Below, piece after piece: positions 16,953 through 27,001 of a stretch of DNA of 64,000 nt. Position 1 is the stretch's first letter; the number at the start of each line of letters is the position of its first letter. This DNA is from a candidate division FCPU426 bacterium (GTDB lineage Bacteria; Oederibacteriota; PGYV01; Palsa-1178): contig CAWIXE010000002.1 in assembly GCA_963840035.1 (NCBI GenBank), forward strand, positions 1,248,001-1,312,000, in the 5' to 3' direction. The notes under the pieces were generated by a model. That model did no database searches. It worked only from the letters and a program-made list of their open reading frames with translations, and was not told the DNA's origin. A program made the position numbers and the translations under genes.

Positions 16953-18859
16953 TATCTGCCTCCCAGTAACTTTAATGCTTCGGGATTATATATCGCGAAG
17001 GCAATGATGACAACCACGAGCCCGCCGAAAATATATAGCGCGTAGCTCTGTACCCTGCCGGTGGTTGTAAGTTTAAGCTTGCTTCCGCCCCACCTTGTCA
17101 TAAAGGCCGCGAAATTGACTATGCCGTCAACCACGTTCCTGTCAAACCACTTTACAGCCTCGGTTATGACAAAGAATATGTTTTTGATGAGGAACATGTA
17201 TAACTCGTCTATGTAATACTTATTTTCCAGGAGCGTATAAACCGGCCCCGAAATCTTTTTAAGGCTGTCGGACTTTATCCATTTGAAGAAGTATATTATG
17301 AAAGCCAATAATATTCCGCTTAACGCCACGATTGACGAAGTCACTGCAATCCCCATGTTCATGGCTTCGGCATGATGCGCGCCTTCGGCTCCGGCTTCTT
17401 TGGCGAAGTAAATGAACTTTGAGATGTTGACTTCCTGCCCCGGGATGCCTACTAATCCCGCGAATATTGAGAATACCGCGAGTATCATAAGCGGTATGGT
17501 CATGGTCAGCGGCGACTCGTGGGCATGGTCTGAATGGTGCCCCGGCTTGCCCAGGAAGGTAATGATATAAAGCCTGAACATGTAGAACGCGGTCATGAAG
17601 GCTGTTATCACGGCCGTATAATATAGAAGAGTATTGCCGGAATCATGGAGCGTTACAAGAATCTCATCTTTTGACCAGAACCCGGCCAGCGGAAATATGC
17701 CTGCGATGGCAAGCGTGGCTATGAACATGGTTGTGGAAGTTATGGGCATCTTTTTATGCAGTCCGCCTGTTTCCCAGATATTATTTGTGTGTACCGCGTG
17801 TATGACCGAGCCCGCGCCTAAAAAGAGCAGCGCCTTAAAAAACGCGTGCGTGGTTAAGTGGAACATTCCGGCTGTGTAGCCGCCCGCGCCAAGCGCGAGT
17901 ATCATGTACCCCAGCTGGGAAAGGGTGGAAAAAGCCAGTATCCTTTTTATATCCTTTTGCACAAGCGCAATTGAGGCCGCGAATATGGAAGTAAAGCCTC
18001 CGACATACATTATAATCCGCATGGCGTCCGGCGACTCGGAGAATATTCCGAATAACCTTGCCACCATAAAGACTCCGGCAGCGACCATGGTCGCCGCGTG
18101 TATAAGGGCTGAGACAGGCGTCGGGCCTTCCATGGCGTCAGGAAGCCATACGTGCAGCGGGAACTGGGCTGACTTTCCGACCGCCCCCATGAAAAGCAGC
18201 AGCGCGATTATTGTCATGTATCCGGGGTCAATCGCGCCGGACTGTACGTACTCAATTACTTTTATGAAGTCAAATGTCTTTGCCTGAAATACCAGGAAGA
18301 TGATACCGAGCAGGAATCCGAAATCCCCCACCCTGTTTACAACAAAGGCTTTTTTGGAAGCCTCGGCCGCCTCGGGCTTCTGGTACCAGAACCCGATTAA
18401 AAGGTATGATGACAATCCGACAAGCTCCCAGAATATGTAGATCTGCATTAAATTATTTGATATGACTATCCCAAGCATGGAGAAGGTAAAAAGCGAAAGG
18501 AACGAGAAGAACTTGGCAAAGCACTCGTCATCGTGCATGTATCCCACCGAATATATCTGCACGAGCATGGAAACAAGCGTCACCACAAAAAGCATGATGG
18601 CTGTCAGCTGGTTTATCATCACGCCCATGTTCAGTTCTATATCCGCTATATACATCCACGGCAGGTTGATTGAAGTGGTTGCCGGCGCAATTATCTGCTG
18701 CCATAGTATGAAACAGGCCATGCCAAAAGAGGCCATCACAGCCGCTATGGATATCACGGCGGATGTCATCCTCATCTTTTTAGTAAAGGCGGAAATGACT
18801 AAAAACGCCAGAAGCGGCAGCGCCGCTATTGTAATCCCTAAGATACTCATTAAGTCCAA
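16952..18859 (-). CDS. nuoL: NADH-quinone oxidoreductase subunit L
   Basis: GKSAQFPLHVWLPDAMEGPTPVSALIHAATM, HAFFKALLFL; TTG start. Confidence 0.95.
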   Translation of the reverse strand: MDLMSILGITIAALPLLAFLVISAFTKKMRMTSAVISIAAVMASFGMACFILWQQIIAPATTSINLPWMYIADIELNMGVMINQLTAIMLFVVTLVSMLVQIYSVGYMHDDECFAKFFSFLSLFTFSMLGIVISNNLMQIYIFWELVGLSSYLLIGFWYQKPEAAEASKKAFVVNRVGDFGFLLGIIFLVFQAKTFDFIKVIEYVQSGAIDPGYMTIIALLLFMGAVGKSAQFPLHVWLPDAMEGPTPVSALIHAATMVAAGVFMVARLFGIFSESPDAMRIIMYVGGFTSIFAASIALVQKDIKRILAFSTLSQLGYMILALGAGGYTAGMFHLTTHAFFKALLFLGAGSVIHAVHTNNIWETGGLHKKMPITSTTMFIATLAIAGIFPLAGFWSKDEILVTLHDSGNTLLYYTAVITAFMTAFYMFRLYIITFLGKPGHHSDHAHESPLTMTIPLMILAVFSIFAGLVGIPGQEVNISKFIYFAKEAGAEGAHHAEAMNMGIAVTSSIVALSGILLAFIIYFFKWIKSDSLKKISGPVYTLLENKYYIDELYMFLIKNIFFVITEAVKWFDRNVVDGIVNFAAFMTRWGGSKLKLTTTGRVQSYALYIFGGLVVVIIAFAIYNPEALKLLGGR

Positions 18860-18877
18860 AATAGTCCTCCGTTTTAA

Positions 18878-18968
18878 TAGTGTCGTGTGCTATGTGCTAT
18901 GTGCTACGTGCGGCGGTGTCCTGCGCTGATTTCCCTTAGCACGCGCCACTCGCCACCCATCACTGCTT
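18878..18968. repeat. Inverted heptamer array between nuoK and nuoL
   Basis: (ATGTGCT)n left arm; TAGCACG/CGCCACT/CGCCACC/CATCACT right arm. Confidence 0.6.
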
Positions 18969-18970
18969 TA

Positions 18971-19279
18971 CTACCACTTCATCAGATTCATATTGTCAGC
19001 GTTAAGCACTTTCCTATTCCTGTAAATGGCGAGTATTATCGCCAGCCCGAGTATGGACTCTGCCGCGGCCACGGTGATAATGAAAATTGTAAAGAGCTCG
19101 CCTAAAGCCGCGTCCGGCGTAAAGAACCTTGAAAATGCCACCATGTTAATGTTGACAGCGTTAAATATGAGTTCTATGGACATAAGCACACCGATTGCGT
19201 TCCTGCGCGTTAACACGCCAAAGATGCCGATAGCTAAAAGCACAGCGCTTAACATCACGTAATGGCCAAGTGTTATCAT
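18971..19279 (-). CDS. nuoK: NADH-quinone oxidoreductase subunit K
   Basis: RRNAIGVLMSIEL, VAAAE. Confidence 0.95.
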   Translation of the reverse strand: MITLGHYVMLSAVLLAIGIFGVLTRRNAIGVLMSIELIFNAVNINMVAFSRFFTPDAALGELFTIFIITVAAAESILGLAIILAIYRNRKVLNADNMNLMKW

Positions 19280-19794
19280 TTTGTCTCCTCCTTGTCCCTG
19301 GATACTATGGCAATCGCGCCGATTAAAGCCGCGAGCAGCATCACAGAGATTATTTCAAAAGGCAGGACAAAATCAGTAAGGAGCTGTTTTCCTATAAGTG
19401 CCGTATTGTCTGTAAGTTCAGTCTGCGCCACGCTTTTACCGATGGTTAAGAACCAGTCTGTCTTTAAAAGCGCGAGAATGATCAGCGCCGCGGCCAAAAG
19501 CCCTGTTATGATTGCCGGCCATACCTGCTCGTTTGTCTGGTAATTGCTGCCGCCGGCTATCTGTTTGGTGAGGTTAATGACAAATATGGTTAAAACCACA
19601 ACAGCGCCTATATATATGAGGACCTGAATTCCCGCTAAGAAGAACGAACCCATCATGGCAAATACGGCAGCCACTCCAAGCAGCGATACCGCCAGGTATA
19701 ATGCCGAATGAAATATATTCCTCGATGTTACCATGAGGATGGCCCCGCCGATTACTACGGCCGCGAAGCAGTAAAAAAGTACCAGTTCAACCAT
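19276..19794 (-). CDS. nuoJ: NADH-quinone oxidoreductase subunit J
   Basis: QVLIYIGAVVVL, PFEIIS. Confidence 0.95.
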   Translation of the reverse strand: MVELVLFYCFAAVVIGGAILMVTSRNIFHSALYLAVSLLGVAAVFAMMGSFFLAGIQVLIYIGAVVVLTIFVINLTKQIAGGSNYQTNEQVWPAIITGLLAAALIILALLKTDWFLTIGKSVAQTELTDNTALIGKQLLTDFVLPFEIISVMLLAALIGAIAIVSRDKEETK

Positions 19795-19814
19795 GAAAAC
19801 TCCTTCTTTTACTC

Positions 19815-19883
19815 AAAGTTTAAAACTTAAAGCTGAAAGTTCAACCGCATTACTTTTCAGTTTTCAGCTTTCAGTTTTAAGTT
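19815..19883. repeat. Inverted heptamer element, copy 1 (nuoI-nuoJ)
   Basis: AAAGTTT/AAAACTT/AAAGCTG/AAAGTTC, AACCGCA spacer, (TTTTCAG)n. Confidence 0.85.
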
Positions 19884-20370
19884 ATTCTTCGCTTTTAAAC
19901 TTGCTCTGCCACCACGGCAGCTTCTTTCCTTTTAATACGTACTTCTCTGATACAAGCTCCATGCTTAAGGAGGCTTTATCCTCCGTGGCTGTCTCGTACT
20001 CATCCGACATGATAATCGCCGCAAACGCGCACGATTCCACGCAAAGGTTGCAGTATATGCAAGAACCCATATTATAATGATATTTTGACGCTTTTGGTTT
20101 TGGTTTGCCGTCCTCGCCGATCATTTTCTCAACCTCAAGTGAATGATTCGGGCAAGCCTTGACGCAGAGCATGCATGCCGTGCACTTATGGTCGCCTGTA
20201 GCCTGGTCATACGGAAGCGCCAGCCTGCCCCTGAACCTTAATTTCATCTCTTCCTTTTTCTCAGGGTACTGCAGGGTTATGGGTTTTCTGAAGCAGTGCT
20301 TCAGCGTAACCGCAAGGCCTTCCATCAGGTTCATGATGCCTTTTAAGATATCCAGTACGTACTTGATCAA
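19882..20370 (-). CDS. nuoI: NADH-quinone oxidoreductase subunit I
   Basis: TLQYP, RFRG, CTACMLCVKACP and CIYCNLCVESC [4Fe-4S] motifs. Confidence 0.95.
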   Translation of the reverse strand: MIKYVLDILKGIMNLMEGLAVTLKHCFRKPITLQYPEKKEEMKLRFRGRLALPYDQATGDHKCTACMLCVKACPNHSLEVEKMIGEDGKPKPKASKYHYNMGSCIYCNLCVESCAFAAIIMSDEYETATEDKASLSMELVSEKYVLKGKKLPWWQSKFKSEE

Positions 20371-20400
20371 GTAAAAACTCCTTTTAAAAAGATTAATTAC

Positions 20401-20452
20401 AGTTTTAAGTTTGAAGTTTTAAGATATTGCCCTCATCTTAAAACTTCAAACT
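20401..20452. repeat. Short inverted heptamer element (nuoH-nuoI)
   Basis: AGTTTTA/AGTTTGA/AGTTTTA...TAAAACT/TCAAACT, overlapping the nuoH stop. Confidence 0.65.
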
Positions 20453-21501
20453 AACTTAATAACTATCGCCGTTACCACCAGATTCAGCAGCGCTATCGGC
20501 AGCATGTATTTCCACGAGAATTCCATGAGCTGGTCGACCCTTATCCTCGGGAATGTCCACCTTATCCAGCACAGCAGCGTCACGACAAAATATGTCTTTA
20601 TGAAGAACCATACTATCGGCGGCAAAAATGGGCCTTCCCATCCGCCCAGAAACAATGTCGCCGCGATAGCGGATGTCAAGAATAAGTTCGTGTACTCAGC
20701 CAGGTAAAAGAAGGCGAATTTCATGGCCGAATATTCCGTGTTAAATCCGGCCACAAGCTCGGACTCCGCTTCAGGAAGGTCAAAGGGCGCCCTGTTGATT
20801 TCCGCGTTGCCCACTATAAGGAAAAGTATGAACCCGACTGCCTGCGGTATGACAAACCATTTGTAATTAGCCTGCGCCGCGACTATATCGCTCATCTTCA
20901 TGGAGCCGGCGAGCATCACAACCGAAAGTATTATGAGTACCATTGGTATTTCATAGCTTACAATCTGCGCCGCTGAACGCAGGCCGCCGATAAGGGAGTA
21001 CTTGTTATTTGAACCCCAGCCCGCGGCTAAAACGCCGATGACCGAGAGCCCAGTTATGGCAAGCACGTAAAGGATACCGATGTTTAAATCAGCAGGTACA
21101 AGGCCTTTTCCAAAAGGCAGTACAAGGAAAACCGCGAAAGTAGGTATGAACATGATGAGCGGCGCGACCCAGAATGAAAGTATGTCTATCTTTTTCGGAT
21201 TTATGTCTTCCTTTATCATGAGCTTTACTGTATCAGCTATGGTCTGGAGCAATCCGAGAGGCCCAACCCTGTTCGGCCCTTTTCTTATCTGCATTAAAGC
21301 CGCGATCTTCCTGTCAAAATATATGATCCATAGCGCGTTCAAAACCACGACAAGGGCCACTGCAACGCCTATGACAATCTGAAATATGATATCAAGCAGG
21401 AACGGAGGCACTCCCCAGCCGGCCCATACGCCGTGCGCGTAGGCATAAAACTCCCCAAGCGGCTTTCCACTGTTATATAAAAGTTCCTTCAGCAGTTCCA
21501 T
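20446..21501 (-). CDS. nuoH: NADH-quinone oxidoreductase subunit H
   Basis: RKGPNRVGPLG, GWGSNNKYS, NRAPFDLPEAESELVAG; start set at ATG 21501 behind GAGGAG. Confidence 0.95.
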   Translation of the reverse strand: MELLKELLYNSGKPLGEFYAYAHGVWAGWGVPPFLLDIIFQIVIGVAVALVVVLNALWIIYFDRKIAALMQIRKGPNRVGPLGLLQTIADTVKLMIKEDINPKKIDILSFWVAPLIMFIPTFAVFLVLPFGKGLVPADLNIGILYVLAITGLSVIGVLAAGWGSNNKYSLIGGLRSAAQIVSYEIPMVLIILSVVMLAGSMKMSDIVAAQANYKWFVIPQAVGFILFLIVGNAEINRAPFDLPEAESELVAGFNTEYSAMKFAFFYLAEYTNLFLTSAIAATLFLGGWEGPFLPPIVWFFIKTYFVVTLLCWIRWTFPRIRVDQLMEFSWKYMLPIALLNLVVTAIVIKLV

Positions 21502-21515
21502 GTTACTCCTCATTT

Positions 21516-21590
21516 TAACTTAAAGTTTGAAACTTAAAGCTGAAAGTTGAACCGCACTACTTTTCAGTTTTCAGCTTTCCGTTTCAATTT
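21516..21590. repeat. Inverted heptamer element, copy 2 (nuoD-nuoH)
   Basis: 6 mismatches in 69 nt against 19815..19883. Confidence 0.85.
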
Positions 21591-21594
21591 GATC

Positions 21595-22719
21595 TTACCT
21601 GTCTATCTCCGGTATAACCAGGTCCAGGCTTCCCATTATGGCTATAATGTCCGCAATCTTGCTTCCCACGGATATTTCCTTAAGCACGCTTAAGTTCGAG
21701 AATGACGGGCTCCTGAACTTTATCCTGTAAGGCCTGTCAGTGCCGTCGCTTACTATATACACGCCGAACTCTCCCCTGGCCGACTCGACCATGGTATAAA
21801 CTTCCCCCGGCGCGGGTTTGATTATCTTGGGCACTTTTGCCATTATGTCTCCGGCAGGTATCATATCCATAGCCTGGCGGAGAATCTTCGCCGACTGCCT
21901 CATCTCATCCATTCTTACTTTCAGGCGGTCCCATGTGTCGCCGTTCTTTCCTGTGGGTATGGCAAAATCAAATTTCGGATATACCGAATACGGGCTGTTC
22001 TTTCTTAAATCTATAGCGCAATCCGATCCCCTTAGTGACGGGCCGGTAACGCCGTAATTAATGGCCTTATCTTTGTTCAGCACGCCCACGCCTTTTGTCC
22101 TGGCCGTGAGTATTATATTATTAATGAGAAGCGCTTCGTATTCATGTATTCTGTCCTCAAAATGCTCAAGAAACTTCTTTAAGCGCGGCAGGAAATCCTT
22201 CTGCAGGTCGTTCTTAAATCCGCCTATCCTGAAAGCGTTATGCGTCAGCCTTCCGCCTGTCATGCCTTCCACCATGTCGATTACGTCTTCCCTCTCCCTG
22301 AAGGAGTAAAATATCGGGGTCAAGGCGCCAACGTCCATGCCGTAAGCCGCGTACCATAAAAGATGGCTCATGATCCTGTTTAATTCCGCGAGCATGACCC
22401 TGATGTATTCGGCGCGTTCGGGAACCTGAACGCCCATGAGTTTTTCCACTGCCATGACGTATGCCCAGCCGTAATTGACAGCCGAAAGGTAATCAAGCCT
22501 GTCCATATAAGGGGTTATCATGTCGTATTTTTTATTCTCGCACATCTTTTCGACGCTTGAGTGTATGTATCCCACATCCGGGTAAAGGTCTTTTACAACC
22601 TCGCCGTCAAGTTTCAGCACTATACGGAGCACACCGTGCGTGGACGGGTGCTGCGGGCCCATGTTAAGTATGTATTCTTCGTCTGATAACTTTTCAAGCT
22701 CAAAAGGCGCTTTGATCAT
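21595..22719 (-). CDS. nuoD: NADH-quinone oxidoreductase subunit D
   Basis: NMGPQHPSTHGVLR, DRLDY, EIDR terminus; no NiFe CxxC. Confidence 0.95.
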   Translation of the reverse strand: MIKAPFELEKLSDEEYILNMGPQHPSTHGVLRIVLKLDGEVVKDLYPDVGYIHSSVEKMCENKKYDMITPYMDRLDYLSAVNYGWAYVMAVEKLMGVQVPERAEYIRVMLAELNRIMSHLLWYAAYGMDVGALTPIFYSFREREDVIDMVEGMTGGRLTHNAFRIGGFKNDLQKDFLPRLKKFLEHFEDRIHEYEALLINNIILTARTKGVGVLNKDKAINYGVTGPSLRGSDCAIDLRKNSPYSVYPKFDFAIPTGKNGDTWDRLKVRMDEMRQSAKILRQAMDMIPAGDIMAKVPKIIKPAPGEVYTMVESARGEFGVYIVSDGTDRPYRIKFRSPSFSNLSVLKEISVGSKIADIIAIMGSLDLVIPEIDR

Positions 22720-22727
22720 TACTTCTC

Positions 22728-23186
22728 CTATACTTTCGGCAGCGGAATCATATCCGCGTGTTTAAAGTCCTTGCGGAGCGGCGCTATGATGCCCTCCGGA
22801 AGGAGCAGGTTATTCTTGTCCTTTAATCCCATAAAACTTATGCCAAACATCTCAGCGGCTTCCCTCTCGTGCCATTCCGCGGTTATATATAAGGAAGAGA
22901 CTGATTCAATCTCCGGCTTTGCCCTGTCGAGCTTAACCTTTATGGCCACGCTGTCGGAAGAAGCGTAGGAAAACAGCCTGTAAACCGCCTCTATGACGTT
23001 TGCCGCGGGAAGGTCAACAGCCGTCAGAAAGTTCAACTGGTCAAATTTCATTTCTGCCTTAAGAAAGCCAATAACAGGTTTAAGGTTTTTCGGGGCTACC
23101 CAGCAGTTCAGGATGCCCATATCCTCTTTTGACTCTGTCACTTCAATTTTTGTTTTTATTTTATCGAGTATTTCCTGGTGTGTCAT
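22728..23186 (-). CDS. nuoC: NADH-quinone oxidoreductase subunit C
   Basis: [17 protein letters not shown]. Confidence 0.93.
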   Translation of the reverse strand: MTHQEILDKIKTKIEVTESKEDMGILNCWVAPKNLKPVIGFLKAEMKFDQLNFLTAVDLPAANVIEAVYRLFSYASSDSVAIKVKLDRAKPEIESVSSLYITAEWHEREAAEMFGISFMGLKDKNNLLLPEGIIAPLRKDFKHADMIPLPKV

Positions 23187-23695
23187 GCGCTCACCTTCGT
23201 AAGTTTCTGCTTCATAATCTTCTTCTGGAGTTTTATCATGCCGTCTAAAAGCGCTTCCGGCCTCGGCGGGCAGCCCGGTATGTAAATATCAACCGGTATT
23301 ATCTTATCAACGCCTGTTATGACCGAATATGTATCATATATGAAGGGGCCGCCCGATATGGCGCATGCTCCCATCGCAATCACGTATTTTGGTTCCGCCA
23401 TCTGCTCATAAAGCCTTTTGACCAGCGGCGCCATCTTTTTTGTGACAGTTCCGGCCACTATCATAAGGTCAGCGCGGCGCGGCGACGCGGCAGGGACTTC
23501 AAAACCGAACCTGGCCCAGTCATACTTTGCGGCGCCCGAGGCCATCATTTCCATGGCGCAGCAGCGAAGTCCAAAAGTAAGCGTCCATATGGAATTTGAC
23601 CTGCCTGCGTTAATGGCCCACGCGGCAGAAGCAAGTACTACCGGCGCTCCGGGTATCTTTAAGAACTTTTCGTCAACGCCGTTCATTAATCCCAT
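23183..23695 (-). CDS. nuoB: NADH-quinone oxidoreductase subunit B
   Basis: [25 protein letters not shown]; start MGLMN at 23695 overlaps the end of nuoA. Confidence 0.95.
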   Translation of the reverse strand: MGLMNGVDEKFLKIPGAPVVLASAAWAINAGRSNSIWTLTFGLRCCAMEMMASGAAKYDWARFGFEVPAASPRRADLMIVAGTVTKKMAPLVKRLYEQMAEPKYVIAMGACAISGGPFIYDTYSVITGVDKIIPVDIYIPGCPPRPEALLDGMIKLQKKIMKQKLTKVSA

Positions 23696-24039
23696 TTGAG
23701 CTCCCCTTTTTTCCAGGCAAACGCAAGGCCGAGTAAGAGTATGAATATGAATATGAGGACTTCTATTAAGGGCGCAAAGCCCGCTATCTTCCTGTAAACT
23801 ACGGCCCACGGCATTAAAAACACGGCTTCTACGGCGAATACGACGTACATGAGGGCAAAGACATAAAAGCGAAGGCTGTAGCGCACCTGCGCCTCGCCAA
23901 TGGGATCAAGCCCGCACTCATAAGTGGTGCGCTTTTCATCACTGGGTTTATAAGGCATAAGCAGATAATTAACGACCACGCCGCCTATGACAAAAACAAA
24001 AGCGAACCCGATGAATACTAAGAGCGTTCCGTAAGCCAT
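23686..24039 (-). CDS. nuoA: NADH-quinone oxidoreductase subunit A
   Basis: [25 protein letters not shown]. Confidence 0.95.
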   Translation of the reverse strand: MAYGTLLVFIGFAFVFVIGGVVVNYLLMPYKPSDEKRTTYECGLDPIGEAQVRYSLRFYVFALMYVVFAVEAVFLMPWAVVYRKIAGFAPLIEVLIFIFILLLGLAFAWKKGELKWD

Positions 24040-24053
24040 ATTTCCTCCAAAAT

Positions 24054-24146
24054 AAAATTTTCAATTTTCTATTTTAAATTTTCAATTAAACGCCAAACCG
24101 TGCCTGCCGTCCTTAATATAAAATTGAAAATTCAAAATTTAAAATT
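24054..24146. repeat. Inverted heptamer element (AATTTTN / NAAAATT)
   Basis: Four-unit arms around an AAACGCC...CCGTGCC spacer; overlaps the polyprenyl synthase stop. Confidence 0.8.
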
Positions 24147-25110
24147 CCCGTTCCAAAACATAATCAGCAATCTCATATAACAACTCTTTCTTTTTATCGT
24201 CCTTTAATTTCGCCTTATCAAGCGCCGCTTTGGCGTCTGTCACGTAGCTCATAGCCATGAGGCCGGCCAGGTTCACGCCTCCGTTGGCAAATATAAAATC
24301 AAGTATCCGTTTTCTTGCGCTTTCGGTTGAATTCGCCCTGAACAGGCGCTTAATCTTCGAGCTTTCCTTTGCCGGGGCGTTCTGTATTGCAAGTATCAAA
24401 GGCAGGGTCGGCTTTCCTTCTTTTAAATCATTTCCTGCGGATTTTCCTATTTTACTTGTTTTTGAAATTATGTCAAGTAAATCATCCTTTATCTGAAACG
24501 CGATCCCCAGGTTTTCGGCGTAAACGCCAAGGTGCTTCATGGCCTCAGGGGTACAATTGCCCAGATACCCTCCCGAGAGGACGCTTCCCCGTATAAGCGA
24601 AGCTGTTTTCTTTCTTATGATGCCCACGCATCCGTCAATTGAAAGCGATATATTGTATTTATTATGCACTTCTTCTATCTCGCCCTCGCATACGTCCTTT
24701 ATCGCGCCGGCAAATATGGAAAGGAGCCTGTTGTCAACAGAATTGACCACGGTTTCCATGGCATAGGCAAATAAATAATCCCCGGTGAGAACCGAAAGCG
24801 CGGCACCCGCCTTTTTATTGAGCGAATCAATGCCCCTTCTTTTTCCGGAGTCATCGACTATGTCATCGTGGATAAGCGTGGCGTTATGAAGGATTTCTAT
24901 GGCTGTGGCTATATTTAGAATCTTATCGCCGGTTTTCGCCCCGTTTGCCTGCGCCGTAAGCATAACAAGGGCGCCCCTTAAGCGTTTGCCGGACTTAAGC
25001 CCGGAACCAGCGAGAAGGTGCTTTATTGATTTTGAGGGCGACTTCTGGATAGCCGTTATCTTATTGTTTATGAGGGCTATGTACTTTTTGATCAGTTTAT
25101 TTTCGAGCAT
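24139..25110 (-). CDS. Polyprenyl diphosphate synthase
   Basis: GKRLR, LIHDDIVD...RRG, FQIKDDLLD. Confidence 0.93.
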   Translation of the reverse strand: MLENKLIKKYIALINNKITAIQKSPSKSIKHLLAGSGLKSGKRLRGALVMLTAQANGAKTGDKILNIATAIEILHNATLIHDDIVDDSGKRRGIDSLNKKAGAALSVLTGDYLFAYAMETVVNSVDNRLLSIFAGAIKDVCEGEIEEVHNKYNISLSIDGCVGIIRKKTASLIRGSVLSGGYLGNCTPEAMKHLGVYAENLGIAFQIKDDLLDIISKTSKIGKSAGNDLKEGKPTLPLILAIQNAPAKESSKIKRLFRANSTESARKRILDFIFANGGVNLAGLMAMSYVTDAKAALDKAKLKDDKKKELLYEIADYVLEREF

Positions 25111-25157
25111 TCAATACCTTTTTTTAGTTTTTTTAGTCAGGTATAAATTACCCGAAT

Positions 25158-25185
25158 ATTTTAAACGGTTATTGTTTTTTGTCAA
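25158..25185 (-). promoter_or_regulatory. Putative sigma70 promoter for the synthase-nuo operon
   Basis: TTGACA-16 nt-TAAAAT on the minus strand. Confidence 0.5.
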
Positions 25186-25229
25186 GCATTTTTGTCTAAA
25201 ATAACACTTTTTTTGTAGCAATTAATACT

Positions 25230-26066
25230 TTACGGCCTCTTTCTCATTTCATCGCCTTCCGCGGACGCGTCAGCCTCCGGCATTGCCGCGGGATTCACCC
25301 GCGCCGCTGCCGCGGCCACCGGCTTTTCATTGGACTTAATCTGCGCTAAAAGGCCGTCAAAAGTGGCTATCATTATTTTTTCCTTTATTGTATCGCCCGC
25401 CCCCCTTAAAGCGAAACTCAAACGCCCTTTTTCCCTCGCGTATACGATTATTTCAGCCTCTTCGGGAGAGAGGGCAAGCGTTAAAGTGTTATACCCCTTC
25501 TTCCCGCCCGCTGCCGCGTTAAATTCCGTTCCGGCAGAGAGCACCTGCGCGGCCTGCAGGATGGTGGCAGTGGTGATTATCGACTTTTTTGAATCGGAGG
25601 TATCATATGTAAGCAGTACGTCAACGTAATCTCCGGGCTTTATCATGTAGCTGACAGCTGATTCCTCGTCCACTGCCACGGCCACGGCGCGCAGCCCCGT
25701 TGGTACGGCGGAGCTTAAGTCTTCCGCTTTTGCGCTCATTTTATTAAGCAGTATGGCTTCGCCCTCTATAAAAGGCACAAGCGTGAGCTTTCCTTTAAGC
25801 TGGTCAAATGATTTCACATGCGCGGACGTGACCAGCTTGGCCGGCACTTCCACGAACTTAACCATATCCTCCCTGACCTGGCTCCTGGGTGTTATGTATT
25901 TCGCGGCCGAAAGGACCCTGACCGGTTCCATGGATTTCATAACATCCGACTCTTTGTTCGCGATAAAAAAATAGCCCAGGACAGCCGCGGCAAGGCCGCA
26001 GGAAACGGCAAGTAAAAGCAGTTTGTTTTCCATCTTCATGTTTTTAAAGATTTCTGTGGCTTTCAT
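25230..26066 (-). CDS. cpaB: Flp pilus assembly protein CpaB/RcpC
   Basis: N-terminal TM, SAF domain, GLRAVAV, IKPGDYVDV, TLALSPEEAE, LSFALR. Confidence 0.92.
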   Translation of the reverse strand: MKATEIFKNMKMENKLLLLAVSCGLAAAVLGYFFIANKESDVMKSMEPVRVLSAAKYITPRSQVREDMVKFVEVPAKLVTSAHVKSFDQLKGKLTLVPFIEGEAILLNKMSAKAEDLSSAVPTGLRAVAVAVDEESAVSYMIKPGDYVDVLLTYDTSDSKKSIITTATILQAAQVLSAGTEFNAAAGGKKGYNTLTLALSPEEAEIIVYAREKGRLSFALRGAGDTIKEKIMIATFDGLLAQIKSNEKPVAAAAARVNPAAMPEADASAEGDEMRKRP

Positions 26067-26123
26067 GGTTGATCTCCTTGTTGTTCATTGTTCATTTGAC
26101 TGTTAAGAAGCTGTATTTACAGT

Positions 26124-26240
26124 TTGTCATTGCGAGAAGCCGCTGTTGGCTTATGGCGACGAAGCAATCTCGTTTTCTCCTTCTGGAACAGCGAGATTGC
26201 TTCGTCGGCAAGCAACAAAAACGCCTCCTCGCAATGACAA
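26124..26240. repeat. GTCATTGCGAG...GCAATC/GATTGC...CTCGCAATGAC palindromic element
   Basis: Terminal IR TTGTCATTGCGAG/CTCGCAATGACAA and internal IR CGACGAAGCAATCTCG/CGAGATTGCTTCGTCG. Confidence 0.85.
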
Positions 26241-26284
26241 GCACAAGACTGTAAACAGAACACATTAACAGTACAGTTCATTGT

Positions 26285-27001
26285 TCACCGTGCGTTCCCC
26301 ATCACACTCACATACTTCTCCTGCCCTTCTGTATCAAATATATTAAGCAGCCATGATTTTGACTGCTTTTCGATAAAATACGCATCCTGCTGTGCTGAAG
26401 AAACTTTCCACCCCTCTTTTTTCAGCATATCCTGATAAAACAGGCGCAATGATTCCACGTCTGCAGCTTCTGTTGAATAAAAATTAGCGAACTGCGCTGT
26501 TCTGCCGCCTGAGAGCAGTTCTATAGATAAAAATCTGTCCATGCCAGCGTATTTTCTTAAACCGTCATTAAATCCGCTGCCATGGCTGAACTCATCCGCA
26601 TTTACTTTTATAAAAACGCAATTATCACCATAATTTCCCGCGGTAATCAGTCTTATCCCCCCGCCTTCCTTATATAACAGGTAGTACCAGTTATCCGGGG
26701 TGCCTTCAGCCGCAAAGCCGAGCAGTATGGCCGCTAACTTTTTAACGGCAGTACCGTTAATGAGTTCCCTGGCTGCCGCCTTTTTTGCGTAGTATTCCAT
26801 CACTTTTTCCGCGCTTTTTACCGTCTCATACCTTTCAAGTTTAATGGGGTTGCCGTTTATCCTGGCCTCCATTGACCCTTTAGCAACCGCAGTAAATTCA
26901 GGCGCGAATATTCCTGCCGCCCGTTCCTTAAATCCGGTAAAGGTGGCATTTATTATAACGCCGGCAAAAAGCAGCAAAATCACTATCGCCGTCCTCTTCA
27001 T
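26285..27001 (-). CDS. Hypothetical exported protein in the Tad operon
   Basis: MKRTAIVILLL signal-like start at 27001 with GGAGG; ATGA overlap with the upstream gene. Confidence 0.7.
   Translation of the reverse strand: MKRTAIVILLLFAGVIINATFTGFKERAAGIFAPEFTAVAKGSMEARINGNPIKLERYETVKSAEKVMEYYAKKAAARELINGTAVKKLAAILLGFAAEGTPDNWYYLLYKEGGGIRLITAGNYGDNCVFIKVNADEFSHGSGFNDGLRKYAGMDRFLSIELLSGGRTAQFANFYSTEAADVESLRLFYQDMLKKEGWKVSSAQQDAYFIEKQSKSWLLNIFDTEGQEKYVSVMGNAR

Noticed and set aside
21595..23695. Group 4 NiFe hydrogenase
   Set aside because: The large subunit lacks both CxxC motifs and has complex I signatures
26069..26254. 61-aa plus-strand ORF
   Set aside because: It is a translation of the palindromic repeat (FVIARS...ATKQS)
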